This document shows positions 1-15,102 of a stretch of 64,000 bases of DNA, one piece after another (positions within the stretch are counted from its first letter, which is position 1; each line of letters begins with the position of its first letter). The position numbers were made by a program, and so were the translations under genes. This DNA is from the human T2T-CHM13v2.0 reference genome, Homo sapiens. The notes below the pieces were generated by a model, which saw only the letters and a program-made list of their open reading frames with translations, did not search any database and had not been told where the DNA came from. The DNA is taken from NCBI RefSeq assembly GCF_009914755.1, contig NC_060937.1; one strand, given 5' to 3'.

Positions 1-1481
1 TCTGAAGTCAAAGAACAGTGGCCAGAAGAACGTGGGTGGGAGAGTTGGAAGTTTCCCAAGAAATATAAGCTCAGCATAATATTATCTTTTTCTGACTCCC
101 TAACTGCTCTCTACCTGAATTTCCTCTATTAGGTGCAGAATAGTAATATGCACTCTTCCCCAGGTCAAATTTATGGAGTTATCATTGATAACTTCTGCTC
201 ATCAAAGGCATCATCCCTTAAAACAGAATCTCTTTAATCTGTGCCTTTCTCCGTGGCTACTGTTTTAATTTTTTCAGCATTTATTTCTCACACGTTTTTC
301 ACATTATTGACAAGTGATGTTTCTGCATATCTGATCATCCCATTTATTCTTCAGATGTTTACCGAGCATTTTCTATGTATCATGCACTGGGTTAGGCCCT
401 GGATAAATAATGTGAAGAAGAAAAAAAAGACACTGCTACTGGGCTCCTGGAATTTGCAGTTTGGTGAAAAAGATACATGACAAATCCTGCTTAAGATCCT
501 TCAGTGGTTCCTTGCTGTTTTCAGGAAGCCCAGATGTCTTGACCGGGTTGCCTCTGTTTACCTCTACAGCATCACCTCTAATCAGCACCCTTTACTCTGC
601 AGCCACAGTGCGTTTTCCCTTCTTCACAGCACCTTCCTCTCTGCCTAGGTAAAGTCTACCATCTTTTAAGGGTTCAGTCCAGGAATCCACTTTTTCAGGA
701 AGACTTCTGGACACTCTCTTCCCCCTTCCTCCGTAATTCCAGCACACTTCATGCCATCACTATCATATAGGTACCACGCTTTTTATCCTGATTCTCCGTT
801 GTCTTGTCCACTGCCTCTACTCCACAGTGAACTCAACTTTGTGTCAATACTTAGTACAGTGATTTCTAGTACTCGACATTTTTTGTCAAATGGAATCGGA
901 TATATAGAAACACCCGCTGCCTCCCGCAAGAGCAGACAAGGCCAACCCATCACTCCTGCACCCCGACAAAGGAACAACAGTACCGTGCTGCACGGCGTCC
1001 TCCGGCCTTGCTGCCTGGCAATGGGTAGCCACCTGGCGTCTGTCTCAGAATAGGACTCCGCGGCACGCCTCCTAGCGCAGTCGGTTGACACTGCAAGAAT
1101 GGGAAGGTGCGGGTGACCACGCGGTCCCAGACCGGCGCAAGGCGCATGCGTAGAACGCGAGCGCTTGGCAAGGCTCGGCTCGGAAGAGTCCAAGCGTGAG
1201 GGAAGAGGGCTGTGGATTCAGATACTGTTTTTCTCCCGAAATAGGAAATTGGCTTATTTTTTTCTCCTCGGCAGCATCTTAATTTAAAATATGACACTTG
1301 ACCTACGGCCCTGCACGGAGCGGTTAAGAGGGTGAGAGGCCCGTCAAACTCTTTTTGGTGTTTAGGCGCTCCTCCTCCGGGCGGTGTGTTGGGAGGGCCC
1401 AGGTCAAGGCGCGCGTGGGCGGAAGCGGCGGCGGCGGCGAAGGCGGCGGCTGTCAGAGCTGGAGGGCCGGGCACCGCGGCC

Positions 1482-1523
1482 ATGGAGGGTCAACGCTGGC
1501 TGCCGCTGGAGGCCAATCCCGAG
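1482..1523 (+). CDS. UCHL3: UCHL3 coding exon 1 (MEGQRWLPLEANPE)
   Basis: Strong Kozak context gcggccATGG; recognised UCHL3 N-terminus; donor GAG|gtgggc. Confidence 0.98.
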
Positions 1524-1636
1524 GTGGGCGCGCTTCGGGGCAGCCCTGGGCCGTGGGCAGGTGCAGAGGGAGCCGGCTTGCTGCCGCGAGTCCACGGTGG
1601 TTTGTCTCTAAAGCGTGTTCTCTGTTTCGTTTTCAG

Positions 1637-1648
1637 GTCACCAACCAG
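1637..1648 (+). CDS. UCHL3: UCHL3 exon 2, 12-nt microexon (VTNQ)
   Basis: tttcgttttcag|GTCACCAACCAG|gtgagt; needed to give the known ...NPEVTNQFLK sequence. Confidence 0.97.
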
Positions 1649-2559
1649 GTGAGTGAGGTGTCTGTCGCTCGGGACTTCGGAGTCTTTTCTGTCTGCTCGG
1701 TCCGCTTCCCTGCTGGACTCCACCTCCACGCTTCCAGGGATTCTGGGATTTAATTTCTTGAGGGCCCCTCTTGTTCGGCTTTACGCGGGTCCGCCCCTTT
1801 CAGAAAGGGCCATCTCGCTGCCACCTGGCTCCTGAAGATTCTCCCACCACTCCTCTGGTCCCATTCTGCAGTCACCACGTATCTTGGGGACTCCGGGTCT
1901 GAGGTTTGGAGGGACTTTTACCCTGTATTCCTATTCCCCTTCCTTCTTCGTTTTGCCTCCTGTTAGTGCCGATTCCATAATTTTCCTACCGGTGTACCTT
2001 TTGGATGACTAATTTGCCCACACTTCCTGACTCCAAGCTTTGTAAACTCGCCCACCCAGTCCTTGTAATTTCATCCACCGCCTGCACTATGAAATCATCT
2101 TCCAATCATCTCTTGCCCCATGAAGTCACTTTTCTTCCCCGCCACGCCCCCTTTATCTTCCAGTCTTTTAAAGCTGGACATTTAGTTGCTGTTGTATCAA
2201 AGAAAGCTCAGTTTAATAGTTCCCACGCCATTCTTTGCAATCTATAGCAATTTAAGTTCCTTCTGGGTGTTGGAGGTTGGGGGTTGGGGAGGGAGGAGGG
2301 AACATCTCCCAGCCACTCAGAAGAGTAAGTGCTACCAGGTATAAACTTTTGATCTGCTCAGGTGTGCCTTATTTTACCCTGTTTTTTTTTTTTTTTCATT
2401 CTCAACAGCTCATTTCTTTTTTACTGCTCTCCTAGTTTATCATACTCCCTTTACCTCCACTATCTTCCTTCTCATCACCAAGGAACAATTCACCGTGTTC
2501 TTAAAAATATTGGTTTTTGGTTTTCAAAGCTTGTAGCAAATTCCCTGGACAAAGAGACA

Positions 2560-3360
<801 letters not shown>

Positions 3361-4839
3361 ACTTTTTAGATGATGTTGATTGTTTTAACAAACTAAGTTT
3401 GTGTAAGTAGGAACTTACGTCCTGTGATTCAGCTGCTAGTGGACCTTGTTTCTAGGGTGTCTTGAAAAACTATCAAACACATTAATATTTTAGGGGCACC
3501 TTTTTTAATACCAGTAATCTGAACAGGAGCTGGTGATTCTTTGGTGATTAAAATATTCATGGTTTTCTGCTTTTCAATCCAGTTGAAAGACAGTAAACAA
3601 GCAAACAAGTCATTAGCATTTATTATAAGTACAATAAGAAAAAGAACATAGTGCTTTGATAGAGACCATCAGGGAAAATGTAATACATGGAATGACAGGA
3701 GACCTTTCTGAGATGATATAAACAGACAAACAATGTTATTTAGTATATGATTGTACACTATATCTGGCATGCTTTGGCATGATTTAGTTTGTTTTAAATT
3801 GATTTTTTAAAGAAATAATGTGCTTTTAGTGGGAGAATGGGCAAGTATGTAAGAAACGGTTATAACTAAAAATTTTGTGGTTGTTTCTTTATTCTCTATG
3901 TTTTAGTGGCAGAACCAAGAATAGAAGATGGATAGAAATTTAGTTAACTGACTTAGAATTTGGAGAATGAATAAACCCTAACAGCAATATCCATCCCACT
4001 CTCTTTTATTTCCTCAACCTAATGGAATGGTAGGATCTTGAACTCACTCTGTTACCATCTGGTAATTGCATGTGTTGTTATTATAATCAATGTGAGCAAA
4101 TACTGCTTTAGGCTCTGATGATGCCTAGTGTTGTATAAGAATGGCCATCACATGTCTACTATATGCAGATGAGTATTAATTGTTAGACATTAGCTAGTAA
4201 CCATGTGTCTCAGCAGATGTGGTAGACAGTGATTTCTCTTGTTGGTTAGTATGCTGTCAGCCCTTTTAAGGATACTGTGTTATGCTACAGGTAGGACTTA
4301 ATCAGAATAAAATGAGTTAAGTGATCAAAAAAATTATTTAAACATTTTAAACTCTACTTTATTTACCTATGCATTTAAAGGGGTAAATGCAGCTTGCAGC
4401 TGAAAGTTACAGATAATTAAACATCAAGAATTACAACATTTATAGAGTGTGATATAGGCAATTATTATTATTTATGACCGTACTAAATCTTCATTGTGAT
4501 TATTTTTTGTGATTTGAGTACAGTACAACCACATTATGTATATTTTACATATTGTTGTGCTTCAGAACTAATGATTTTTGTTTATATGGACCCCTCTCCA
4601 CCCCAAGGATTATTATTCCTACTCGTGATTTTATTGAGGAGGCAAAATATTTTCTAGCGTAATACCGAAAGGGAAATAAATTTACTTTAGCATAACTATT
4701 CTATTTAGCCTGTATGCTTAGAGTTAGAAAAAGAATTAGAGGTCATCTGCTGGCTTATTGCCTTAAATAATCACAATAAATAAATCATATAAATTCTCAT
4801 AAGAATTCTCTAATTAGTAGATACCATTTTAGGAAAAAA

Positions 4840-7150
4840 ATCTTTGTTATCCTGTCCTCCTTGAGCTGCTGCCTTACCTGTTTTCCTTCTTTGTAAACTT
4901 TCCACAAAGAATTGTTCATAGCTGCTGCAACTGCTACCTCATCTCACATTCTTTTCCTTATTCATTCCTGTGTAGCTTGCTTCTGTGTGTACCATTTCGT
5001 AGTAACTTTTTTTGTCAAGTTCACTAATGATTGCCACTTTGCCAGATCCAGTGATCACTTTTCTGTCACCATATTTCTTGACCTTTCAGCAGCATTTGGT
5101 AGAATAGCTCACTCCATCTTTATTGAAACATTATCTTTTCTTGGCTTCTGTGAGAATTCTGATGGTCCTCTATTTTCCTAATTGCTTCGAAGAGTCTCTG
5201 TTGCTAGATCATCTCCCTTCCAACTTCTAAGGAGCGCCTCAGCCACTTCATCCTAGACTGCTCATCTTTTTTATGTGTTTTCTTGCCCTAGTAATGTTTT
5301 CTGTTGTATAGTTCTAATACCATCAGTTGTCACATAGATGACCCCATGTTCCTTGAAACCCTAACATTGCCACCAAATTGGAAACCTGTATATTCAGCTA
5401 ACTCTTTGGTATCTCCATCTGGATGTCTTATAGATACCTTAAAGTTAATATGGCCAAAAAAGAAATATGGGTTTTCATCTTCCCATCTCTGCTCTAAACC
5501 CTTTTCTTCCCCATCTTCCAAGGGCATAGCCATCCATGCAGTGTTTGAGGTGATGAGTTGATGCCGTTGATTCTTCTTTCAGATTGCCATTCCAGAGAGG
5601 CCGTAGTATCTTGATTTGATTCTTGGATTGTAATCTCTGCTTTGCTATCTACCAGCTCTGAGACCATGGACAGTTATCTAACCTCTTTGTGTCTTAGTTC
5701 CTTAATTTCTTTCTTTCTTTTTTCCTTTTTTAAAGACAGGGTCTTGTTCTATCTCCCAGGCAGGCTGGATTACAGTGGCACAATCATAGCTCACTGTAAC
5801 CTTGGAATTCCTGGGCTCAAGCACTCCTCCCACCTCAGCCTTCCAAGTAGGTAGGATACAAGCTTGCACCATCACACCCGGCTAATTTTTGTATTTTTTG
5901 TAGAGACAAGATGGTTTTACTCTGTTTCCCAGGCTGGTCTCAAATGCCTGGCCTCAAACAACTAGTTCCTTCATTTCTTATAATCTCTTCTAATCTTGTA
6001 AGATCACTATAAGGATCAAATTACTACATATAAAATATGTAGAACAATGTCTTGAACAAAGCATGCTCTCCATGAATGTCGGCTATTTTTAATATTCTAT
6101 TTCTCATTCCTCAGATCTAATTGATCTGCAACTCTTATGGACTCTTCTTGCAAAGGCTATTCCAAATACGGCTATTCCAAATATGGCTATTCCATTTCAG
6201 CTGCCACAGTGCAAGCCACCATCCTTAGCTTGGACAACTATAGTAGGCTCCTAACTAGTTCTTCTGCTTCTCCTTTTGCTTCCCTAAAATCTAATTTCCA
6301 TATGCACCCAAAGTGGCCTTAAATAAATGAGAATCACATCTTATGACTTCCTGCTTATCATACTCTACTGGTCTTCCAATGCTTGTCCTTAGAAGATACT
6401 TGAAACTTTTTTGTTTTTTTAAACTTTTAGCTTCAGGGGTACATGTGTAGATTTGTTATATAGGTAAACTCATGTCACAGGGATTTGTTGTACAGATTAT
6501 TTCATCACCCAGGTACTAAACCTAGTACCTAATAGTTATTGTTTCTGATCCTCTCCTCAGCCTTCACCTTCAGGTAGGCTCCAATGTCTGTTCCTGTCTT
6601 TGTATCCATGTGTTCTCATCATTTAGCTCTCACAAGTGAGAACATGCGGTATTTGGTTTTCTGTTCTTGCATTAGTTTGCTAAGGATAATGGCATCCAGC
6701 TCCATTTCAAGCTTTTATCATGGCTGAATGAGGAGGTACTGCCCATCTCTGACCCGCTCATGCTGTGCTGCAGTCTTCGAATGTGGAGTCTGTTCCTGCT
6801 TCAGAGTCTTTGCACTTGCTCATCCTTTGCTTGAGTCATCCACTCCTGTTTGTTTCATGGTAGGTTCTTGTCATCTGTGGCTCAAGTTCAAGTCATCTCA
6901 TCAGTGAGTCTTTGAGTACACAGCTAAATTAGCCCCCCAAATCTGTACTGTCATCCTCACTTGTTTTATTTTCTTCACAGTACTTCCCACTTTGTGAAAT
7001 TATCTTGTTTATGTGTATACTTGTTTATCATGTGTATCTTACCACTAGAATATAAGTTCTGTGAGAGCAGGGATGCGTCTGAAGTATGAGAACGGTGCCA
7101 GGCTCACGGGGCCATCAACAAATATGTAGTTGTCAGATGGAAGAATGAAT
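4840..7150. mobile_element. Fragmented L2/MIR region with nested AluJ (about 5705-5960, minus) and L1 3' end (about 6410-6705, minus)
   Basis: L2-like text (cttgacctttcagcagcatttg; ccactagaatataagttctgtgagagcaggga); antisense L1 3' UTR (ggggtacatgtgtagatttgttatataggtaaactc). Confidence 0.65.
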
Positions 7151-7419
7151 AGATCTTATAAAGCTGCTTTCCTGCTCCAGAAGATCTCCCAACATTATCT
7201 TTAATGCGGTCATGAATCCTTTGCCTAGTTCAATGAGCAGCATTCTATCTCTTAAAGTGGTTTAATTTTTTATTATAATAATAATATATAAGTAGAAGAA
7301 TTATATTTCTTTTATTGAAACAAAATCTGCTTTCCCGTAACTTTCTCCAGTTGTCTATCATTCTCATTGAAACCATAGAGTAAATCTAATTGCTCTTTAA
7401 AAAACTCTTTAAATTAAAA

Positions 7420-7555
7420 AAATTTATTTCTTTTTGAGATGGAGGTCACACTATGTTGCCCAGGCTGGCCTCCAGCTCCTGGGGTCAAACAATTCTGCCA
7501 CCTCAGCCTCCTGAGTAGCTGGGACTACAGGCATGTGCCACTGTACCTGGCTCCC
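7420..7555 (-). mobile_element. Alu monomer (FLAM/FRAM-like)
   Basis: Single antisense Alu arm. Confidence 0.8.
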
Positions 7556-8596
7556 AATTGCTATTTTATGATATTACTAAAAATATCCAGGGACAGGGAT
7601 CATAGTAATTTAAGTCCTCTCTGAACATGCTTAGAAACTTTAGCTGTGATGTCTTCCAGAACCTTATCATACTGGTCACCTGCCTTTGGGCTTTCTTTTC
7701 TTGGTCATTGACTTTCATAAAATATGCCTCCTATAGGCATATTTTCTGCTGAGTAATCTATGTCGAGTACAGTGGGCTATTACATTATCTTAAATGATCC
7801 TTCTTTTAAAGCAAACTAACATTGTATCACCTTTGTTGGCAATTTTGTAGTTAGTCCATATTGAGCCTGCAGTGAAGTAAACTTCATTTTTTCTTAATCC
7901 ACACATAAAGTGTTTTCAGTGTTTCCTCATTATGTACTTTAATAATTATTCTGTCTCATTAAAATTTATTTTTGCTAGTTTCTACACTGCCATTTTCTCA
8001 TTTAACTAATAGTTATTCTACTTCTACATTTAGCAGTTAATACTAGTTTACTGGCAGTAATATCAAGTAATTGCTAGGTAAGTATAATTTTACATCATAA
8101 TTCAAATCATTAATAAATTAGTAACAAGGCAGAATCTCTGGCTGCCCTGAACAGACCATTAAAGACCAGAGGAAGTGGCTTTAAGAACAAATTTGAAAGG
8201 AAAGTGAATTTTATCTATTTTTTTAATTTATAAAATCAGAGTTTTTGTTATTTGACTGTCACCTAAAGAATGAGGAAGAATTTGCTATAATTTAGGGACA
8301 GGAACGAACAGGTTTTTAAGACTCGTTTGTGTGTCTAGGTTTTTAAGTCTAGTTTGTATGCAAAAACCTGGAGGGAAGAGATGGTTATAGACAGTTTGAA
8401 AACTCTCAGGAGTTCATTGTGGCCAAGTTAGAGAATAAAGTACCAAAAAGATACTCTGGGCAGAGAGAAATGAAGCTGGAAAAGTAAATAGGTGCCATAG
8501 TGTTCAGATCCTTGCATGTGAGTTCTGGCAGGTGGCCTCGAAAAAGCACTTAACCTCCCAGACGTAGTTTTCTTATTGGCTGGTAAAAGGATACAC

Positions 8597-8886
8597 TGGG
8601 TTGAGTGCAGTGGTTCACAGCTAGTGAGCACTTTGGGAGGCCGGGGCCAGAGGATTGCTTGAGTGTAGGATTTCAGACCAGCTTGGGCAACATAGTGAGA
8701 CGTCTCTACTAAAAAATAAAAAAATTTAGCTGGCTGTGATGATGTATGCCTGTAGTCTCAGCTATCTGGGAGGCTGAGGCAGGAGGATTCCTTCAGCTCA
8801 GGAATTAGAGGTTGCAGTGAGCTGTGATTGTTGTCACTGCACTCCAGCCTGGGCAATGGAGCAAGACCCTGTCTGAAAAAAAAAAA
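8597..8886 (+). mobile_element. AluJ
   Basis: Diverged Alu dimer with poly(A). Confidence 0.9.
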
Positions 8887-10669
8887 GGAAGATAAAATGA
8901 AACCTGCCTTGCCATGGCAGTAGAGGTGAAGTGGGTACTGCTCCTAGCTCCTCACATACAAGGGTCTCAAAACATATTTACAAATAATTTTAAATATTCT
9001 TTATCTAGTGAAAAATTTGTCATTGGACCATAGAATAAAAAGAATAAGTTGACTGAAGATTTTTTAACAGCCAAATACTATAATTTATTAATTATTTTTC
9101 TCAATTGGCCAAAATTTTAGAGGCATTGTGAAAATTTGTTGAGTTAGTCAGAGGTTTTTTTGGTTATTTTATTACTCAATATTTAAGTTTGAAAAGCCAG
9201 AAGACTGGTGATAGAGGTTATGAAACCTTTTATCCTGCTTGATGTAAATGGGATGCTTCTAATTAACTGTGTAGAGATGGCTTTGCAAATGCATGTATAG
9301 ATAATTATCTTTGTGAGCAGTCTGGAAAAATATTTTTGGTATAGTTTTAAGACCATCATTTTGTGTTTTCTCCCAGTTTTGTAAATTTAAATAGAATACA
9401 TATGTGTATCAGTTCTATAGATTTGTAACTTACAGCTACATATAATTATTGTAAAACTAATGCTTTTATAAAATACTAGAAAATAGAAAGGTGGATTCAC
9501 ACCACCCAGGCTAACTGCTAACATTTTAGAAAATTTCCTTCCTATCTTTCTGTATTTGCATATGATCATTTCAAACACAGGGTTTTTTTTTTTTAATTGT
9601 AAAAGTAGGACATTTTAATGATTTTTTTTTTTTGAAGACGTGAGTGGTAAAAGTTGACCCTCTTCTCTACCCTTTCTCCATTTCCCAGAGGTAGTCTTTA
9701 TAGCTGCTTTTATTCTTTGTATTCAGATAGCTTCTGGTGAGCCTGACTCATGGCAATCTGGAGTCAGGATCTAACAATATATTCAGTAGATATTAGTTGC
9801 ATTGAATTTCTTTATATCTATCTCATTTAATTGTTGATATGAGTAAGAAGTTAAAAAGCATGATTCTGGTTAAAATTTAATCAAGTTATGATTTTATCTA
9901 CTATTGGATCATTCATTATGTCCTCAGTTTGATACTAATTGGTATCACTACAGTGGCTGCGTTTGGTTCCTAGTACTTTTTGTACTTGTTAGCTTTGGCT
10001 GACATGGAGTAGATTTGCAGTGAACTGATTTACAGTACTTGCTGATTTTGTCCAGACCTTTCACTAAAATATTCTAACTGTGACTTTTAGTTTGCAGCAC
10101 AGATGTAAAATTGCTCTGTTGTATGTACCATCGTGTTTTATAACTTTATAACAGGATGACTTTGTGGGTACATAAAATTAACAAATAAATTTAAATTCTC
10201 TTATCAGGGTTCATGATACTTTTCCTTAAAAGGCAATTTAGGTAGTCTTCTGATTTGATTAATGAATGCTAGGGTTTTAGATTAGGAGCCAAAGGTATCT
10301 TTTCTACTTCTTTTCCTCATTATACAGAGGCTTCACTGATGTATATAGACATACAGATGGCTAGGTTATCTACTAAAGTAGAGATGTAATCTTTAGTCAG
10401 TTCTAGAAATATACCTTGGGTGTCTGTGATTCAGCCATGTACAGTGCTAGGCAATGAGATTAAAAACATTGAATAAGACACAGTTTTTTCCCTTGACTTG
10501 GCAGTTAATTTTTATCCTTTTTGGTTTTTAGATAGAATTGAATACTGAAAAAGCATAGACTAGGAAGCTTGCAGGAAGTGGAGAAAGGAGCAGGAAGTAG
10601 TTCGAAGTGCTTTAGTGAACTATAAATAGAACCAAGTAAGAATGGATATAATGTAGAGGAGCCCATTGA

Positions 10670-10996
<327 letters not shown>

Positions 10997-12409
10997 CTCA
11001 GCCCCGGACTCTTATAGGGCATGTGACTTGTTCCAAGAATGAACCTAATCTTTGCTGAACACATTCTTCTAAGAAAGTTTTTATAAATCACTACGTTTCT
11101 TATTAAACATACCTAGAACCTTATTTTTGACCAATGATATCATTAGCAAGTAGATTATCTTCTACAAGCAGAGAAATGAAGGGATAAGGATAGTTGCCCT
11201 TTAAACAGGAAGGTCTTGTCTTACAAAACTCAAATGCATGTGAGATGAATAGCACTGTTTATATACGTGTCATGGCTTCCACTGGTTTTGCAAGACCTCA
11301 TTTGATGATCTAAGTACATGTGATCATTCTTCAGGGAGAAATGCCTATGGCACCTTTTTTGTTTGTTTTTAATTTCAAAATTTCAGATGTTAGACCAGCA
11401 AATACTATAATGTGTTCTTGAGGTAAGATATAGTGATGCATTTCTAATATGATTTTTGTTTCCTCTATTCCTTTTTTCTATCATCTAAAACTTATTTTGT
11501 AATGATGTACTTAAAAAGTTATCAGCTTCTTTCGATATAAAGTTATTAATTGTGAAAATGACATTCTCATTTTTTCTCTATGTGATAGATTAAGGTCTGA
11601 CATTTTATTTTCCTGTGACATCTTAAGAATTGTAAAAAAAACACTAATTTTTTGTTACAGTTATTTTGCCAGATATAAGAGAGGCAATGAAGTTAAGTAG
11701 GTTTCATTGTGTAGTAGAGGCCAGGAAGCCAGTAGTTTACTTCCTATATCCAGCATTTTCTGTTGTTCATACAATGCATTAGATACATTTTTGGCTTATA
11801 TTACTCTTTGCTCATTGATACAATTCATGGCTATCAATCTATCTTTAAACCTCAGACATCATTTTTGGTAAATAGGATAAACTATGTTGATTTTCTGATA
11901 AAATATTTATTTACTATAACTTAAATGCCTCTCCTTAAAAACCAAGTGCTGGAAATGAGTTTAACATATCAACCAAGCCAACTTATATGTATTTGATGAA
12001 GTCCAGGCTTATTAAATTCAATTCCAAAGAAATGGAGTTTGAAAAAAGAGGTTTTATTTCACATGTTATGAATGTTAAATGTTTGTTATGTGCTATAAAT
12101 AAATTGCTATCTCTTCTCACCCTATTCATAGAAAATCTGCTTTACTACCATTCTGCCCCCCTAGTTTTACTGAAGTATAATTGACAAAAATTGAACATAT
12201 TTAGAGTGTGCATTGTGATGTTTTGATATGTGCTGCTTTACTGCATTCCTACTGAATGTCAGTTACATTTGTATTTTATCCCTTTATAGGTATTAGATAC
12301 AGAGTACATATTTGTTGATCATTTCCCTTTTAACACTATGTATAGTATACTAGTTTTCTTTTACCAACTAATGTTCCATTGTTTTTTTTTTCTTTCTTTC
12401 TTTTACCAG

Positions 12410-12538
12410 TTTCTTAAACAATTAGGTCTACATCCTAACTGGCAATTCGTTGATGTATATGGAATGGATCCTGAACTCCTTAGCATGGTACCAAGACCAG
12501 TCTGTGCAGTCTTACTTCTCTTTCCTATTACAGAAAAG
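12410..12538 (+). CDS. UCHL3: UCHL3 exon 3 ([10 protein letters not shown]...LLLFPITEK)
   Basis: Long polypyrimidine tract plus cag acceptor; 129 nt, phase 0/0; donor AAG|gtaatt. Confidence 0.98.
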
Positions 12539-12558
12539 GTAATTGTTAAGTAAAATAG

Positions 12559-12890
<332 letters not shown>

Positions 12891-13419
12891 AATTTCTTTT
12901 TCTTCTTTTTTTAATTTACAAAGTTTTTGATAAATACAATCTTTAAGAACAAATGATCCCCTTCTTGCATAAAATTAGGCAATCTAGTCAGTAAAGAAAT
13001 CTTAAAACTTTTTATTAAAGAGATGATATTTCTATTTTGATGACAGTAAAGTCCTAGGTTAGTGCTTTAAGCTTTGGTAAATTTTCTTCTTTAATAAAAA
13101 TTTGGTTAGTTTGCCTCAGCTGTGTTTTGATGTCACATTTTGATTTATCTGTTTTAGAAATTTTAAGTACTAGAATAAACTTAAATACAGTTTTTTCAAT
13201 ATATATATATATAAGGAATCTTCTTTGCTTATTTTAAGTTGGTAGGGGAAACTGATAATGTAGGTTACATTATTTTCAAAATAAACTTGAATGGGAATCA
13301 CTAAGCTTAAATATATTTTAATTGGCAGCTTTAGGGTGTGTTGGGGATTATAAATAGCTGTTCTTTGAGCTCTGTATTTAAATTCAAGTCTACATATTTT
13401 AGTTTTTTTTTCTAGAATG

Positions 13420-13532
13420 ATATATGTGTATGTTTCTGTGTGTGTGTATATATGTATACGTATACATACGTATACATATATACATACGTATATACGTATA
13501 CATATATACACACACATGCACATATATATGTA
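13420..13532. repeat. TG/TA/CA low-complexity microsatellite
   Basis: Alternating purine-pyrimidine run. Confidence 0.9.
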
Positions 13533-14654
13533 TAGTGGAGCCAGAACTTTTAAGTGCATTTTATAATAGATTTTGAGGCTATATCCTTCTGATTTTTATT
13601 TTTAAAATTAGAAACAGTAGGATGATTGCAGTAGTTATGAAAAATGAAGAAGTAAATGGGAAGATGTGAGAGAAATATGTTGATGATTTGTCATATTTGT
13701 GCTCAGGTCATCCTATTCTTCAGGACTAAATGGAGCCAAATCCCACAGGATTTAAGACTTTGCTTAGTCCTGGAAATTCCTGGATCATTTTCTTTATGCT
13801 ATAACAAATTAGCCTCAATTCAAGATAAATTAAATAACATTGAAAATTTTTTCTCTTCTACTTAAGGGTTCTACAAAACAAATTATTCAATAAAAGAAAT
13901 GATATTTCTTTGCATTTACTATTCATAATAGAGAAATTTGGAGTTAGGAATTTCTTACTGATTGTCTAGTATTAGACCAAACCCCTACACAATGGTAAGG
14001 TTATGATTACTGACATTTGTAGAAGAGTTGAGACAAAAACTTAAGTTTACTCTCTTTTAATACAATGTTACTTTTACCTTTTTTGATTACAAAAATAAGC
14101 CAACAGATAACTATTCCAGGACCCCAATTGTAATGAACAGTAAATAATTGAAAAAAAAATCAGTTGCCTAAAGCTTAGGGTTTCTTAGCTGAGGTGATAC
14201 AAATAGGAGTTTTTTTGTCTGAATTGGAAATTTCCAAACCATTGATTTTTTATGACTTTTTTTGTAAAAAATAAATTAGATTTGATCTCTTTCATTTAGT
14301 GAGTCATCAGCATTAAAAAGGCATATTATCCTTATCAATAGGATTTAATTTAGTAGATTATCAGAGCTAAAAACTTGTCCCTGTTGAAAGGAAGAACACA
14401 GTTCTAAAGTATTTGCGTAAGTAAATTTGTACTTACATAAGTAGAAAATGATGTAAGTAAATATATAAGTAAGCATAAATACTTTACTTATATAACTATA
14501 ATAACATGTAAGTAGAGAATATAAATAGCATGTACTACTTTTAGATGTCTTACAGTTTTGTAGATCCCTATTTCAGCTTATAGGTGATATATTGCAAAGT
14601 TATTAAGAGGATATCTAGTGCATTCTTTAGGAGCTGCAAAGTGTTTGTCTTTGA

Positions 14655-15102
<448 letters not shown>

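Larger units (their letters stand above)
880..1900. promoter_or_regulatory. UCHL3: CpG island / UCHL3 promoter
   Basis: Sharp rise in GC and CpG density around exons 1-2. NRF1-like GCGCATGCGT at 1142-1151, ETS/GABP-like CGGAAG at 1181-1186 and 1420-1425, (GCG)n run at about 1425-1450. Boundaries approximate. Confidence 0.9.

Noticed and set aside
751-1835. Several overlapping ORFs of 60-177 aa on both strands
   Set aside because: Expected in a GC-rich, stop-poor CpG island; only the MEGQRWLPLEANPE and VTNQ segments are real UCHL3 coding sequence.
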